Shown here one piece after another: positions 45,553 through 54,938 of a stretch of DNA of 64,000 bases. Source of the DNA: an uncultured Candidatus Saccharibacteria bacterium (GTDB lineage: Bacteria > Patescibacteriota > Minisyncoccia > Phycocordibacterales > UBA918); assembly GCA_964611205.1 (NCBI GenBank), contig CAZSZB010000001.1, positions 123,144 through 187,143 of the forward strand, in the 5' to 3' direction. The position numbers and the translations under genes were made by a program. Below the pieces are notes generated by a model. The model was given only the letters and a program-made list of their open reading frames with translations. It ran no database searches and was not told the DNA's origin. How positions within the stretch are numbered: position 1 is the stretch's first letter; the number at the start of each line of letters is the position of its first letter.

Positions 45553-46138
45553 AGGTTCGCACAATATATGTAAAACGAACTATCCACATAATGTTATTTA
45601 TATTTCTAACCTGGGTCAATTCCTTCATTTTCTTCATTATTATAAGTGAATCGTTCACTTATTTATAATCTATCCTTAAGCTGTCTAGATCCTAATAATC
45701 GCCATCTGTTTTTCTTGTTTTTTCCCTCGGTTATTCATTTTTACGTCCATATCTGATCTAATCATGATACCTACTATAGCCTTTAATAAAGCCCTATTTT
45801 GACGTCCAAAATTCGATTCTAAGGGCCTTCAAGTACACTAGAGGTATATTCTATCCTCTGAATTTATATTAGAGCTTGTGTTCAGCTCTTAGTTTGGTTT
45901 TTTTTTGTAATTTTAAAAATTAATTCTCAAATATTTATTTTAATTTATTTTAAATTGATTACTTAATATCAATTAAATAATTTATTAGATTTTATTTTTA
46001 TTTTTACTTAACTAGTTGTAAAAATTTATTTTTTTAAGTTTTATATTGTCTAGTATGAAAGTAAGATATCGATATTTTTGGAAATCCAATACCCTACTCC
46101 CCTATTTGCTTCTTGTTAGTCGAATATTGTGCGAACCT
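45553..46138. repeat. 15-bp inverted repeats (AGGTTCGCACAATAT / ATATTGTGCGAACCT) bounding a ~556-bp non-coding segment with extreme AT content
   Basis: I verified the exact reverse complements at 45553-45567 and 46124-46138. The interior has no ORF and includes stretches over 90% AT at 45890-46080. Confidence 0.6.
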
Positions 46139-46167
46139 TCATTACCAAAGATAATTATCACAAATAA

Positions 46168-46195
46168 TTAATCACCGCATTAATGCGGTGATTAA
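46168..46195. other. Perfect 28-bp palindrome with 11-6-11 architecture (TTAATCACCGC-ATTAAT-GCGGTGATTAA); candidate dif-like recombination site
   Basis: Its exact length and arm/spacer geometry match Xer dif sites. It lies ~0.9 kb from the only tyrosine recombinase, at a + to - strand-switch point. A terminator hairpin is the alternative explanation. Confidence 0.35.
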
Positions 46196-46273
46196 TCCAG
46201 TACAGCTCTTAATCGTGTCTTAGGTTAAAACTCTTATTCACTTATGCCTGCCCTGCCCTCCTTAAGGGTGAGT

Positions 46274-47575
46274 CTAAATATTAGGTAGATAATCTAGAGG
46301 GTTTAGATACCCTTCGATAGCAGCAAACGGAGACAAGGCAGCACCGCACCCCGTTACACTTTTAAACTGGTTGAATTGTTTAACCTGTACGGCATCCTTT
46401 ACATAAACAGTATAGTGTAGGTGCGGTCCAGTAGAGTAACCGGTATTTCCTGTATAGCCAATAGTCTCTCCCGTGCTGACCTTTTGTCCTGGAGAAACAG
46501 AGATTTGGCTTAAGTGAGCGAACATTGAAGAAAGTCCATTAGGATGATCGACTAGTATCCATTTTCCCCATGAATAACATCCTGGTACGCTATCGGTGTT
46601 GCCAACATTACGTACGGTACCTGATAAGGGTGCACGTAATTGGGTACCGACCGGGGTACCAAGGTCTATTCCATTATGCTTACTTCCACTGTATGCACCT
46701 GATAAAGCAAATTTAGTATAACCGAAGTATTGCGTCAGTATTGGGTTATTGATCGGCCAGATAAAGACATTAGAACCAGCTGTAGGAATAGTGTTAGGAT
46801 CTAAAATAAACTGTAACTGTGACTCAATATTACGAACTTCAGCTAATAATTTTTCTTGAGCAGCTTTTCTTTCTTTGAGCAGAGTCTGGTAGTTCGCCTC
46901 TTCATTTTTGGTAACATCTAGAAGCTCGGCTTTTTCGTTTAGGTTACTTTTTAGAATATTATTTTGATCATCGTACTGTAACTTTAGATTAAGGAGTTGA
47001 TCTTTCTGTTTGGTGTTGGTATCTTTTTTGCCCTCTAAATCCTCTTTTAATATAGTTAATTCTCGCACGTGTTCATATAGTTTTCTGCGAAAAGTCTCTA
47101 GGGTTTCGAAATTGCTCCAAAATTCAGCCAGATTTTCGTGACGGAGCAGTATTTCTACCATTGAATCATTGTCAGCCATATTCATATTACGAATAATCTC
47201 GCTCATAGTTTCCTGACTAGCAAAGACACTTTTTTCAGTTTTATTTATTTCAATACCTAGTTTTCCGATTGTCAGATCAGTGGCAGCAATCTTATTTTCG
47301 GTGTATGCGATATCTGCCTGGACTTTCTTTTTTTCTAAATCAAGCTGATTGATAGCTTTTTGTAAGGTGGCTTTTTCCGCCCCCACCTCGTTTAAGGCAC
47401 TAGTGTATTTAGCTATCTCTTTTTCGATTTCTTTGAGACGATTATTCTTTTCAGATATTTGGCTTTGTAGTTTTTCTACTTCAGATTGTGCAAATACAAA
47501 ATTACTATCAAGTGATAGTATAGTTATCGTCAATATTCCCAAAATAAAGGCATAAATTCTACGTTTTTTTACCAT
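46274..47575 (-). CDS. M23-family peptidoglycan endopeptidase with an N-terminal coiled coil (EnvC-like)
   Basis: Signal/TM, long coiled coil and a LytM domain with HNGIDLGTPVG...HLHYTVY. Confidence 0.85.
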   Translation of the reverse strand: MVKKRRIYAFILGILTITILSLDSNFVFAQSEVEKLQSQISEKNNRLKEIEKEIAKYTSALNEVGAEKATLQKAINQLDLEKKKVQADIAYTENKIAATDLTIGKLGIEINKTEKSVFASQETMSEIIRNMNMADNDSMVEILLRHENLAEFWSNFETLETFRRKLYEHVRELTILKEDLEGKKDTNTKQKDQLLNLKLQYDDQNNILKSNLNEKAELLDVTKNEEANYQTLLKERKAAQEKLLAEVRNIESQLQFILDPNTIPTAGSNVFIWPINNPILTQYFGYTKFALSGAYSGSKHNGIDLGTPVGTQLRAPLSGTVRNVGNTDSVPGCYSWGKWILVDHPNGLSSMFAHLSQISVSPGQKVSTGETIGYTGNTGYSTGPHLHYTVYVKDAVQVKQFNQFKSVTGCGAALSPFAAIEGYLNPLDYLPNI

Positions 47576-47636
47576 AAAACTATTTTATCATAGCCTGTTA
47601 TGAATCTTGGTTTATGCACAGGAATAAGTTTCTAGA

Positions 47637-49094
47637 TTAATTGTCATAATTGGCGACTGCTGCACTTAGTCTTCTGATTGTCGCTTCTTTTCCTAAAATA
47701 TAAGCACAAACAAAAGGATCTGGTGATTGTTCTAGTCCGGTAAGAGCTATTCTTAGCGGCCATAGCAACTCCCCCTTCCCTATTTCTTCAGCATAGGGCC
47801 AAAGTGCTTCTTTAATCGTTTCGGACGAAGTGAAGTCTGCTGTATTAAGTATCTCTATGGATTTCTCAAGTCTTGGCAAAAAAGCATTTGGAGAATCGTC
47901 TTTCTTCCAAGGAAGTAAAGCCTTTGGTGCAATAAAGTCTTCATCATTAAAGACCCAGTTATAAGAACCGTCAGTAAATGTTTGTTTGATTTCTGTTTGG
48001 TTATGTATACGCTCAAATATCACTGGTTGTAATCTTTTTAGTCTTTCATCAGAGTAATTCGATAATTGAAAAATGTTCTCTGGTACGGAAGTTTTAAGGT
48101 AATCAAATTTGAAATCCTCTGATTTGCTTTTCAAGAATTGCTTGTTCATCCACCGTAATTTTTCTTCATTGAATGCTCCTCCAGATTTTTGAATTTTATT
48201 TAGGGAAAAGATTTTTATTAATTCATCATCGTGAAATATTTCTTTTTCTCCCCCTGGGTTCCAGCCAATTAAGGCCAAGAAATTACGCATTGTTTCTGGT
48301 AAATAGCCTTCGTCTCTGTATTCCAAAAGATCTTTCGCTCCATCTCGTTTGCTTAGTTTCTTTTTTCCATCAGGTCCCATAATTGGTGGTAAGGTAACAA
48401 AAACTGGCAAAGGTATTTCCAAAGCTTGGTATAAGCTTAAAAATTTTGGTGTGCTAGCAATAAATTCCTGACCACGCATTACATGGGTTACGCCCATTTC
48501 GTGGTCATCGACGATGTGGGCAAAGTTGTATGTAGGATAACCATCAGACTTGATTATGATCATGTCATCAAGCATCTCTTCACCTGCCGTTAATTCTCCG
48601 CGTACTACATCTTGCCAGACTGAACGTTTTATTTCAGGAACTTTAAAACGCAAGGGACGCTTACCATCCCACTCAGCAAATTTGGCGGGACGGTGATTTC
48701 TAAATAGAAACGGTTTTTTTTCTTTTACTGCTTGGGCTTTAAATTCTTCTATTTCACTTTCAGTGTGAGGATCAGGATAAGCCAATCCTTTGGCTACTAG
48801 TTTTTCTGCGTATAATTTATACACGTCTAAACGATCAGATTGCAAACAAGAGCCGAAAGGTCCGGGTTTATCTGGTCCATAATCCCAGTCCAGGCCAAGC
48901 CATTTTAGGGAGTCCTGAATCTGTTGAATTGATCCTGCCACTTCCCTAGTTTTGTCAGTGTCCTCAATTCGTAATATAAATAAACCATTATTCTGTCTAG
49001 CGTACAACCAGGCGTACAGAGCCGTTCTGATACCGCCAATGTGCAAAAAGCCTGTTGGTGAAGGGGCAAATCTTGTAACTACTTTTTCTGTCAT
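47637..49094 (-). CDS. gltX: Glutamyl-tRNA synthetase
   Basis: PSPTGFLHIGG (HIGH) and KLSKR (KMSKS) motifs. Confidence 0.92.
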   Translation of the reverse strand: MTEKVVTRFAPSPTGFLHIGGIRTALYAWLYARQNNGLFILRIEDTDKTREVAGSIQQIQDSLKWLGLDWDYGPDKPGPFGSCLQSDRLDVYKLYAEKLVAKGLAYPDPHTESEIEEFKAQAVKEKKPFLFRNHRPAKFAEWDGKRPLRFKVPEIKRSVWQDVVRGELTAGEEMLDDMIIIKSDGYPTYNFAHIVDDHEMGVTHVMRGQEFIASTPKFLSLYQALEIPLPVFVTLPPIMGPDGKKKLSKRDGAKDLLEYRDEGYLPETMRNFLALIGWNPGGEKEIFHDDELIKIFSLNKIQKSGGAFNEEKLRWMNKQFLKSKSEDFKFDYLKTSVPENIFQLSNYSDERLKRLQPVIFERIHNQTEIKQTFTDGSYNWVFNDEDFIAPKALLPWKKDDSPNAFLPRLEKSIEILNTADFTSSETIKEALWPYAEEIGKGELLWPLRIALTGLEQSPDPFVCAYILGKEATIRRLSAAVANYDN

Positions 49095-49096
49095 AT

Positions 49097-50221
49097 TTAT
49101 TTATGTTCCTTAGCTATATCTATCAGGGTTGTGGTTATTTTCTCAGCAGCGTGTGGTTTAGCAAAGGCAGCCGCGGCCGTACTCATTCTCTGGTATAAAT
49201 CTTGGTCAGTTATAATACGGTTTATCTCAGCAAAGAGCAATCCGTCGGCTAGATTGTGTTCTTCTATTACTTGAGCAGCCCCACTACGAGCATAAGCGAA
49301 GGCATTAGTTCTTTGATCGTGACTAACTTTTTCTGATATAGGGATGATGATAGAAGGTTTTCCTTCCTCAGCAATTTCAAAAATAGTGGTAGATCCGGCT
49401 CTGGATACAATTAGGGTGGCCGCAGATTGAGCCAAACTCATCTCCTCCCCTGTTAAAGTACCGCGTACAAAATAATGGTCGAGTAGACCAGAGTCGCTCA
49501 TAAGAGACACGGCTGTTTGTTGTACTAAATCTTCGTGTTTAGGGCCGGTCTGATGTAGGAGTGTGTAATGAGGCAATAATTCATCCAAAGATTCTAAGAC
49601 CAGATTATTTATTTTTTCCGCTCCCAGTGAACCACCTGTGATAAAAATTAACGGCTTATCGGATGGTAAACCCAAGGCCTCAATGGGATTTTGTTTTTTA
49701 CCCATGATGACATGGCGTAAAGGGATTCCTACCAGGGCGGTTTTTTCTTCTGGAAAAGCAGAAGCTACATCAGGAAAAGCAATGGCAATATAGCGGGCAA
49801 ATCTGGCGGCTATTTTATTGGCTGTACCAACCTTAGAGTCAGATTCATGTATTACGATTGGTATGCGCAAAAAAGCGGCAGCTAAAACAACTGGTAAAGA
49901 AGCATATCCTCCTTTACTAAAGACGACATCAGGATAGATGAAATAGAGTTTTTTAATGGCGATGATGGTTCCGATTACGAGTTTAAAAGGAGTTAGAAAA
50001 TTCCCTAAAGAAAAATATCTTGTTCTTTTACCAGCTGGGACCTTAACAAACGAGATGTTATTTTTTTGCAATAATTCAATCTTATATGGGTCTGGAGCTA
50101 AATAAAAAAGCTTAAAGTCATGGTTAGTATCATTGATTTTTCTAATTTCTTCAGCTACGGCTATCAGAGGGTAAAAATGTCCCCCACTCCCCCCGCCTGT
50201 TAATACAATACTTTTCTTCAT
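49097..50221 (-). CDS. murG: Undecaprenyldiphospho-muramoylpentapeptide beta-N-acetylglucosaminyltransferase
   Basis: GGGSGGHFYP motif and a GT-B fold. Confidence 0.9.
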   Translation of the reverse strand: MKKSIVLTGGGSGGHFYPLIAVAEEIRKINDTNHDFKLFYLAPDPYKIELLQKNNISFVKVPAGKRTRYFSLGNFLTPFKLVIGTIIAIKKLYFIYPDVVFSKGGYASLPVVLAAAFLRIPIVIHESDSKVGTANKIAARFARYIAIAFPDVASAFPEEKTALVGIPLRHVIMGKKQNPIEALGLPSDKPLIFITGGSLGAEKINNLVLESLDELLPHYTLLHQTGPKHEDLVQQTAVSLMSDSGLLDHYFVRGTLTGEEMSLAQSAATLIVSRAGSTTIFEIAEEGKPSIIIPISEKVSHDQRTNAFAYARSGAAQVIEEHNLADGLLFAEINRIITDQDLYQRMSTAAAAFAKPHAAEKITTTLIDIAKEHK

Positions 50222-50256
50222 AGTTAGTTAAATTTTAACACGACAAATGGTGTCAG

Positions 50257-51351
50257 TTAGATTTTCTTTTGGTATCTAGAGACATTTAAGACTATTCCAG
50301 CTGATAATAAAGTCACTAATAAAGCAGTTCCTCCATGGCTGATAAAAGGTAGAGGTAGTCCCATAAGTGGTGCTAAGGCAAGCATGGCTGAAATGTTGAG
50401 GAAAGCCTGAACTACTATGATGGTGATGAAGCCAACCACCAACAACATACCAAACATATCAACTGCGTGAGAAGCTATTTTATAGCCCCGGAAAGTAAAA
50501 GAAGAAAGAAGTAAGATCAAAAAGCTAGTACCTATGAAACCGAATTCTTCAGCAAAGACAGCGAATACAGAGTCTCCTATTGGTTCTGGTAAGTATTCAA
50601 ATTTTTGAATACTTTGGCCAAATCCCCGACCATTGAGTCCCCCAGTTCCAATGGCGATTAGGGATTGTTTTATTTGCCAGCCACTTCCCTGTGGGTCATC
50701 ATCAGGATTAAACAAAGTCATAAAACGATCTTTGATATATGGTTTAGCAAAAAACAAAACTGTCAGCACTAAAACTCCAGCTATAAAAATCATTAAGATA
50801 TCTCTCCATCTACCACCAGCTGTAGTAAACATTGCCACCCCTGCTATAGCTATCAACATAAAGGTGTCAGTATCAGGTTGAAGTAAAAGAATTATTCCAA
50901 CAATACCTGTAATAATAATAAAAGGTAAAGTTCCTTCTCGGAAAGAGTCAATTTTGTTATGTGCCGCTGAGAGCCAGGTGGCTATATATATGGTGTAGCC
51001 AATTTTTAGTAATTCTGCCGGCTGAAATGAGAAGCTGGCTATTTCTAACCACCTCCTAGCTCCACCATGACTAAAACCAAGCGGAGTATAGACTAACAAG
51101 GTAGCGAAGAGTGTAAACAAAAATATGTAGAAAGCATATTTACGCCAGTTGCGGTAATATATTTGGCTAGTTAAGAACATTCCTAATCCTCCGCCGATAA
51201 TACCAAATACTAATTGACTGAAAGCAACAGAAGTAAAACGAGCACCATCTCTAGCCAGAAGACCTAGAGAAGCTGAAGAGAAAATCATAAAACCCAACGT
51301 CACCAATATAATAATCAGTGTTAGCAGAGTTTTATCGACGTGTTTATGCAT
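50257..51351 (-). CDS. ftsW: SEDS-family peptidoglycan polymerase FtsW/RodA
   Basis: 10-TM SEDS protein between mraY and murG. Confidence 0.85.
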   Translation of the reverse strand: MHKHVDKTLLTLIIILVTLGFMIFSSASLGLLARDGARFTSVAFSQLVFGIIGGGLGMFLTSQIYYRNWRKYAFYIFLFTLFATLLVYTPLGFSHGGARRWLEIASFSFQPAELLKIGYTIYIATWLSAAHNKIDSFREGTLPFIIITGIVGIILLLQPDTDTFMLIAIAGVAMFTTAGGRWRDILMIFIAGVLVLTVLFFAKPYIKDRFMTLFNPDDDPQGSGWQIKQSLIAIGTGGLNGRGFGQSIQKFEYLPEPIGDSVFAVFAEEFGFIGTSFLILLLSSFTFRGYKIASHAVDMFGMLLVVGFITIIVVQAFLNISAMLALAPLMGLPLPFISHGGTALLVTLLSAGIVLNVSRYQKKI

Positions 51352-51360
51352 ACCTAATCC

Positions 51361-52419
51361 TTATGCTACCGCCGCCAAAATAATACCTAAAATACCGCAG
51401 ATAATACTGATTACCCAGTAACGCATAGTTACTTTATAAGAAGGCCAACCGATAGCTTCGAAATGATGGTGTAAAGGAGCTATCCTGAAGAATTTTCGGC
51501 CAGTAGTAAGACGATAGCTGACCTGAATAATGTTAGATAACACAGTGACCCAAAGTGGTAAACCAATGACTAATAACAAAGATACTCCGTTTCCTCCTCC
51601 TAAATTATCAGTCACCATAACAATGACGGCTAAGGTTAAAGTGAGCGCCATAGACCCAGTCTCTGTCATCCAGAATCTAGCTGGTGGTATATTGAACCAT
51701 AAAAAAGCCAGAATTCCTCCAGCTATAGTGGCGCAAAGAGCAGCTATATCATATTGTGACTGAATAATAGCGACTCCAGCGTAAGAGATGTAGATCGAAG
51801 CAAAAACCCCGCCGGATAAACCATCTATTCCGTCTATCACTCCACTAGCATAAAGGAAGTTGGTTAAAAAGATAAAGAATGGAACGATAAGGATTCCTAA
51901 GTATAAAGTACCGTCAAAAGGAATGCTGATGTGAGTAATGTCTAATTTATCATAAAACCACCAACCGATGATGCCGGCTAAAATAGTGACAAAGATAAGC
52001 CTCACTCGCAAGCGTAATCCTTTTCCATCATGTATTACATCAAATATGTCATTTAAAAAACCTACTCCAGCACCTAACATAAGTGTAGCTAGAGGAATAA
52101 TGGTTTGAGAACGACTGAGAAAATCTAAATCTTTAAAAATAGTATCTGGAAAGACGCATTTTAAGGCATAGAGTAAACAAGTAGTAATGATGACACTTCC
52201 CCAAATCACTATTCCTCCCATGCGGGGAGTTTTGGTTTCTCCCTCTGCTTTGAGGCGGTTAAATTCAGTAGCCTCATGTCCCATCATAGCTTTTTTCCCT
52301 CCGACTTTTTTCCAGACTTTGTAACGATACAGATAATGAGTTAATAGAGGTGTTAAAAGAATACCTATAACAAAGGCAAGAGCAGCTGGGATAAGGACTT
52401 TTAGGATAGGATCGTACAT
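51361..52419 (-). CDS. mraY: Phospho-N-acetylmuramoyl-pentapeptide transferase
   Basis: MraY family with the KTPRMGG motif and 10 TM helices. Confidence 0.9.
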   Translation of the reverse strand: MYDPILKVLIPAALAFVIGILLTPLLTHYLYRYKVWKKVGGKKAMMGHEATEFNRLKAEGETKTPRMGGIVIWGSVIITTCLLYALKCVFPDTIFKDLDFLSRSQTIIPLATLMLGAGVGFLNDIFDVIHDGKGLRLRVRLIFVTILAGIIGWWFYDKLDITHISIPFDGTLYLGILIVPFFIFLTNFLYASGVIDGIDGLSGGVFASIYISYAGVAIIQSQYDIAALCATIAGGILAFLWFNIPPARFWMTETGSMALTLTLAVIVMVTDNLGGGNGVSLLLVIGLPLWVTVLSNIIQVSYRLTTGRKFFRIAPLHHHFEAIGWPSYKVTMRYWVISIICGILGIILAAVA

Positions 52420-52455
52420 TGTATGTTAATTATAGACTATTAATAATAAATTCGA

Positions 52456-53547
52456 CTAATGGTTTATCAAGTAATTACTTGTCGCTTCATGTAGCTGCAT
52501 GACATCAGTAAAACGGTCTTGTTGAGTAGAGCCAAGCACCACTATTACAACCGGACGATTTAGCCCAGCGTCGTAGGCAATAACAAGATTGCCGCCAGCT
52601 AAATCCGTGTATCCAGTTTTAGATCCAATCAAGCCCGGTATCTGATTGACAAAATAGTTGGTGTTATTAGCTAAGTGATAATCTCCAGATTCATTGTACA
52701 TTTGTACTGAGTCTTCTCGTGTTAACGAAAGGATATCTGGATTATTTTTTACAATATATTCCATTAAGAAAGCCATATCTTTGGCAGTGCTGTAAGCCCC
52801 AGCTTGATTTTTAGAGATATCTAGGCCGGTTGGGTTATAGAAGGTTGTGTCTTTTAAATTTAGTTCTTTAGCCCGAACATTCATCGCTTTCACAAAAGCT
52901 CCTGCTCCAGCATCTTCCTTAATCATATCCCCAGCAGCGATAGCTAATGCGTAAGCACCATCGTTTGAAGAAGAAATAAGCATTAAATCTGAGAGAGTTT
53001 CTCTAGCAAAAACCTCGTCCAATAATAGACCGCTGTCCCCTATCTGACTTAGAGCTTGGGAATTAATTTGTACCCCTGATTTTTTTGCGAGTATTTCGTC
53101 AGCTAAGAGGGCAGTCATTAATTTTGTGATAGAAGCTATGGCCAATTTTTCATCTTCATTCTTTTTATACAGAACCCTCTGGCTGTTAACATCCCAAACA
53201 TAAGCTGCTTCCCCGACCAAAGCTATATCATCAAAATTCCTTCCCTCGTTATTGATAGGATTTAGAATTATCTCGCTTTCGGTAACTTCATCAGTTGCCT
53301 GATTGTTATGGCTATCGGCATTAATAAAAAATTTAGATGTCAGAGTCGTGCTAAATATCAAAAACAAAACACTACCAACCAAGATAAGTTGTTGTTTTAC
53401 AGGCACTCCACCATCGGATCCTACTTCAGTGTAGTTAGTGACTGAATCATTATAGATATCATCAACTATAACCTCTTCATTTAAAAAAGGTTCGGTTGAA
53501 TCAATGTCGTTGTTTTGGTCGTAATCTTCCATGTTATTTATTCTCAT
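52456..53547 (-). CDS. dacA: D-alanyl-D-alanine carboxypeptidase (S11, PBP5-like)
   Basis: SITKLMT (SxxK), SSSND (SxN) and KTGYT motifs. Confidence 0.85.
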   Translation of the reverse strand: MRINNMEDYDQNNDIDSTEPFLNEEVIVDDIYNDSVTNYTEVGSDGGVPVKQQLILVGSVLFLIFSTTLTSKFFINADSHNNQATDEVTESEIILNPINNEGRNFDDIALVGEAAYVWDVNSQRVLYKKNEDEKLAIASITKLMTALLADEILAKKSGVQINSQALSQIGDSGLLLDEVFARETLSDLMLISSSNDGAYALAIAAGDMIKEDAGAGAFVKAMNVRAKELNLKDTTFYNPTGLDISKNQAGAYSTAKDMAFLMEYIVKNNPDILSLTREDSVQMYNESGDYHLANNTNYFVNQIPGLIGSKTGYTDLAGGNLVIAYDAGLNRPVVIVVLGSTQQDRFTDVMQLHEATSNYLINH

Positions 53548-54076
53548 TTTCTATCTCCTTCTCAAAAGCTTCCAGTTTGTCTAATATATCAGGTCTGTCT
53601 GGTAAGTCTTGAATATTAGTGATACCCAAATGAGCTAACAAAATGGGGGTAACTGAAAAAAGATTGCTGTTTCCCTGTGATTGTTTCTCTATCAAGCCTC
53701 TGGTTAAAAGGTTGCGAATAATGAAGGAGGAATTAACACCGCGAATACTGTCAATGTCTGATCGAGATATTGGCCCACGGTATAAAATAATAGCCAAAGT
53801 TTCAGCTCCTGCTTTACCAATGTCACGTTTTAATTCATCTTTACGCATTCCTTCAATAAGATTGTCTAATTGAGGAATGGTAACTAATTGGACCTCTTTA
53901 TCAGTTTCGAGTAGTCTAATTGCTCCTGACTTAAGACGGTTAGAAATAATTTCTAAATTATTAGATAGAGTTTCTTCGTTTATCTCTAATAACTTACAAA
54001 GTTCTTGTTTTTTAAAAGGCGTTCCCTTGTAGAACAAAATCCCTTCGATTTTAAGGTTTATTTCTAGGTCATCCAT
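53534..54076 (-). CDS. scpB: Segregation and condensation protein B
   Basis: ScpB winged-helix pair. It overlaps the dacA start by 14 nt. Confidence 0.88.
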   Translation of the reverse strand: MDDLEINLKIEGILFYKGTPFKKQELCKLLEINEETLSNNLEIISNRLKSGAIRLLETDKEVQLVTIPQLDNLIEGMRKDELKRDIGKAGAETLAIILYRGPISRSDIDSIRGVNSSFIIRNLLTRGLIEKQSQGNSNLFSVTPILLAHLGITNIQDLPDRPDILDKLEAFEKEIENENK

Positions 54077-54160
54077 AATATACCGCCTGATTATAACACT
54101 ATTTATACCTAGCCTTCCTTCATTATTCCCCTTGGTTCAACTGGTCATGCCTGGTTAGGA

Positions 54161-54904
54161 TTAATGATACCTAGGCGTATTTGTCTGTTCAATACTTATT
54201 TCTATGTCAGCAAAATGTTCACTTTGGGCCACTAAGACACTACCTTGTTTGACTGATTCGAGAATAGCTAAAAAACCAACAATAATAAGTGGCCTCTCTC
54301 TATCATTATCCAATAATTCGCTAAAGCGTAGGTTCATTTGTTCCTTAACTCTCTTCTCTAGGCGCTCTATCATTTCTTCAAGAGAGATGATTTTTTTTAC
54401 CCTAACTCGAGGTTGCTCTATCTTTTGTGGGAGGTTTTGTAAAACATCATAAATTGCTTGTCGTAAATTTTCTACGGTAGTGAATTTGTCAGTGACAAAC
54501 AGTGGTTTTTTATTAGGTACATATTGTCGTTCGTGAAGGATGTTCTTACCAAATCTTTCTTCGATACCTTTAGAAATTTCTCTAAAAATAGCATAGCGAC
54601 GTAATTTAATTTCTAGATCGTCTATTACCTCTTCCTCATCACTGCTTAAGTCTAAAATTGGTAATAAAGACTTAGATTTAATGAGTAACAGTGTGGAAGC
54701 TAGCTGTACAAAATAAATACTATTAGGCAAAGATTGTCTTTGCATATAAGACACCCTTTCCATATATTCGTCAGTTACTTTGGCTAGAGAAATGTCATTT
54801 ATAAGTAGCTTGCGTTTCTCAACTAACTCGAGTAAAAGTTCTAGAGGACCTTCAAAAGCCTCTGTTTTCACTGGGAATAAGTCTACTTCGGCTGAAGAAT
54901 TCAT
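54161..54904 (-). CDS. scpA: Segregation and condensation protein A
   Basis: ScpA kleisin signature EAFEGPLELLLELVEKRKL. Confidence 0.85.
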   Translation of the reverse strand: MNSSAEVDLFPVKTEAFEGPLELLLELVEKRKLLINDISLAKVTDEYMERVSYMQRQSLPNSIYFVQLASTLLLIKSKSLLPILDLSSDEEEVIDDLEIKLRRYAIFREISKGIEERFGKNILHERQYVPNKKPLFVTDKFTTVENLRQAIYDVLQNLPQKIEQPRVRVKKIISLEEMIERLEKRVKEQMNLRFSELLDNDRERPLIIVGFLAILESVKQGSVLVAQSEHFADIEISIEQTNTPRYH

Positions 54905-54938
54905 TGTCTAAATTGTAGCATGGGTAAGTTTAAATTCT

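Noticed and set aside
45586-45600. DnaA-box-like CTATCCACA inside the AT-rich spacer, as evidence for oriC
   Set aside because: It is a single imperfect box with no cluster and no dnaA or dnaN nearby. Convergent rather than divergent gene polarity argues for a terminus, not an origin.
45276-45658. Two minus-strand ORFs (103 and 113 aa) between the recombinase and the AT-rich spacer
   Set aside because: They are antisense to the 67-aa plus-strand ORF, which has a strong SD and a terminator. They are Pro/Arg/Leu-rich, typical of antisense reading of GC-rich DNA.
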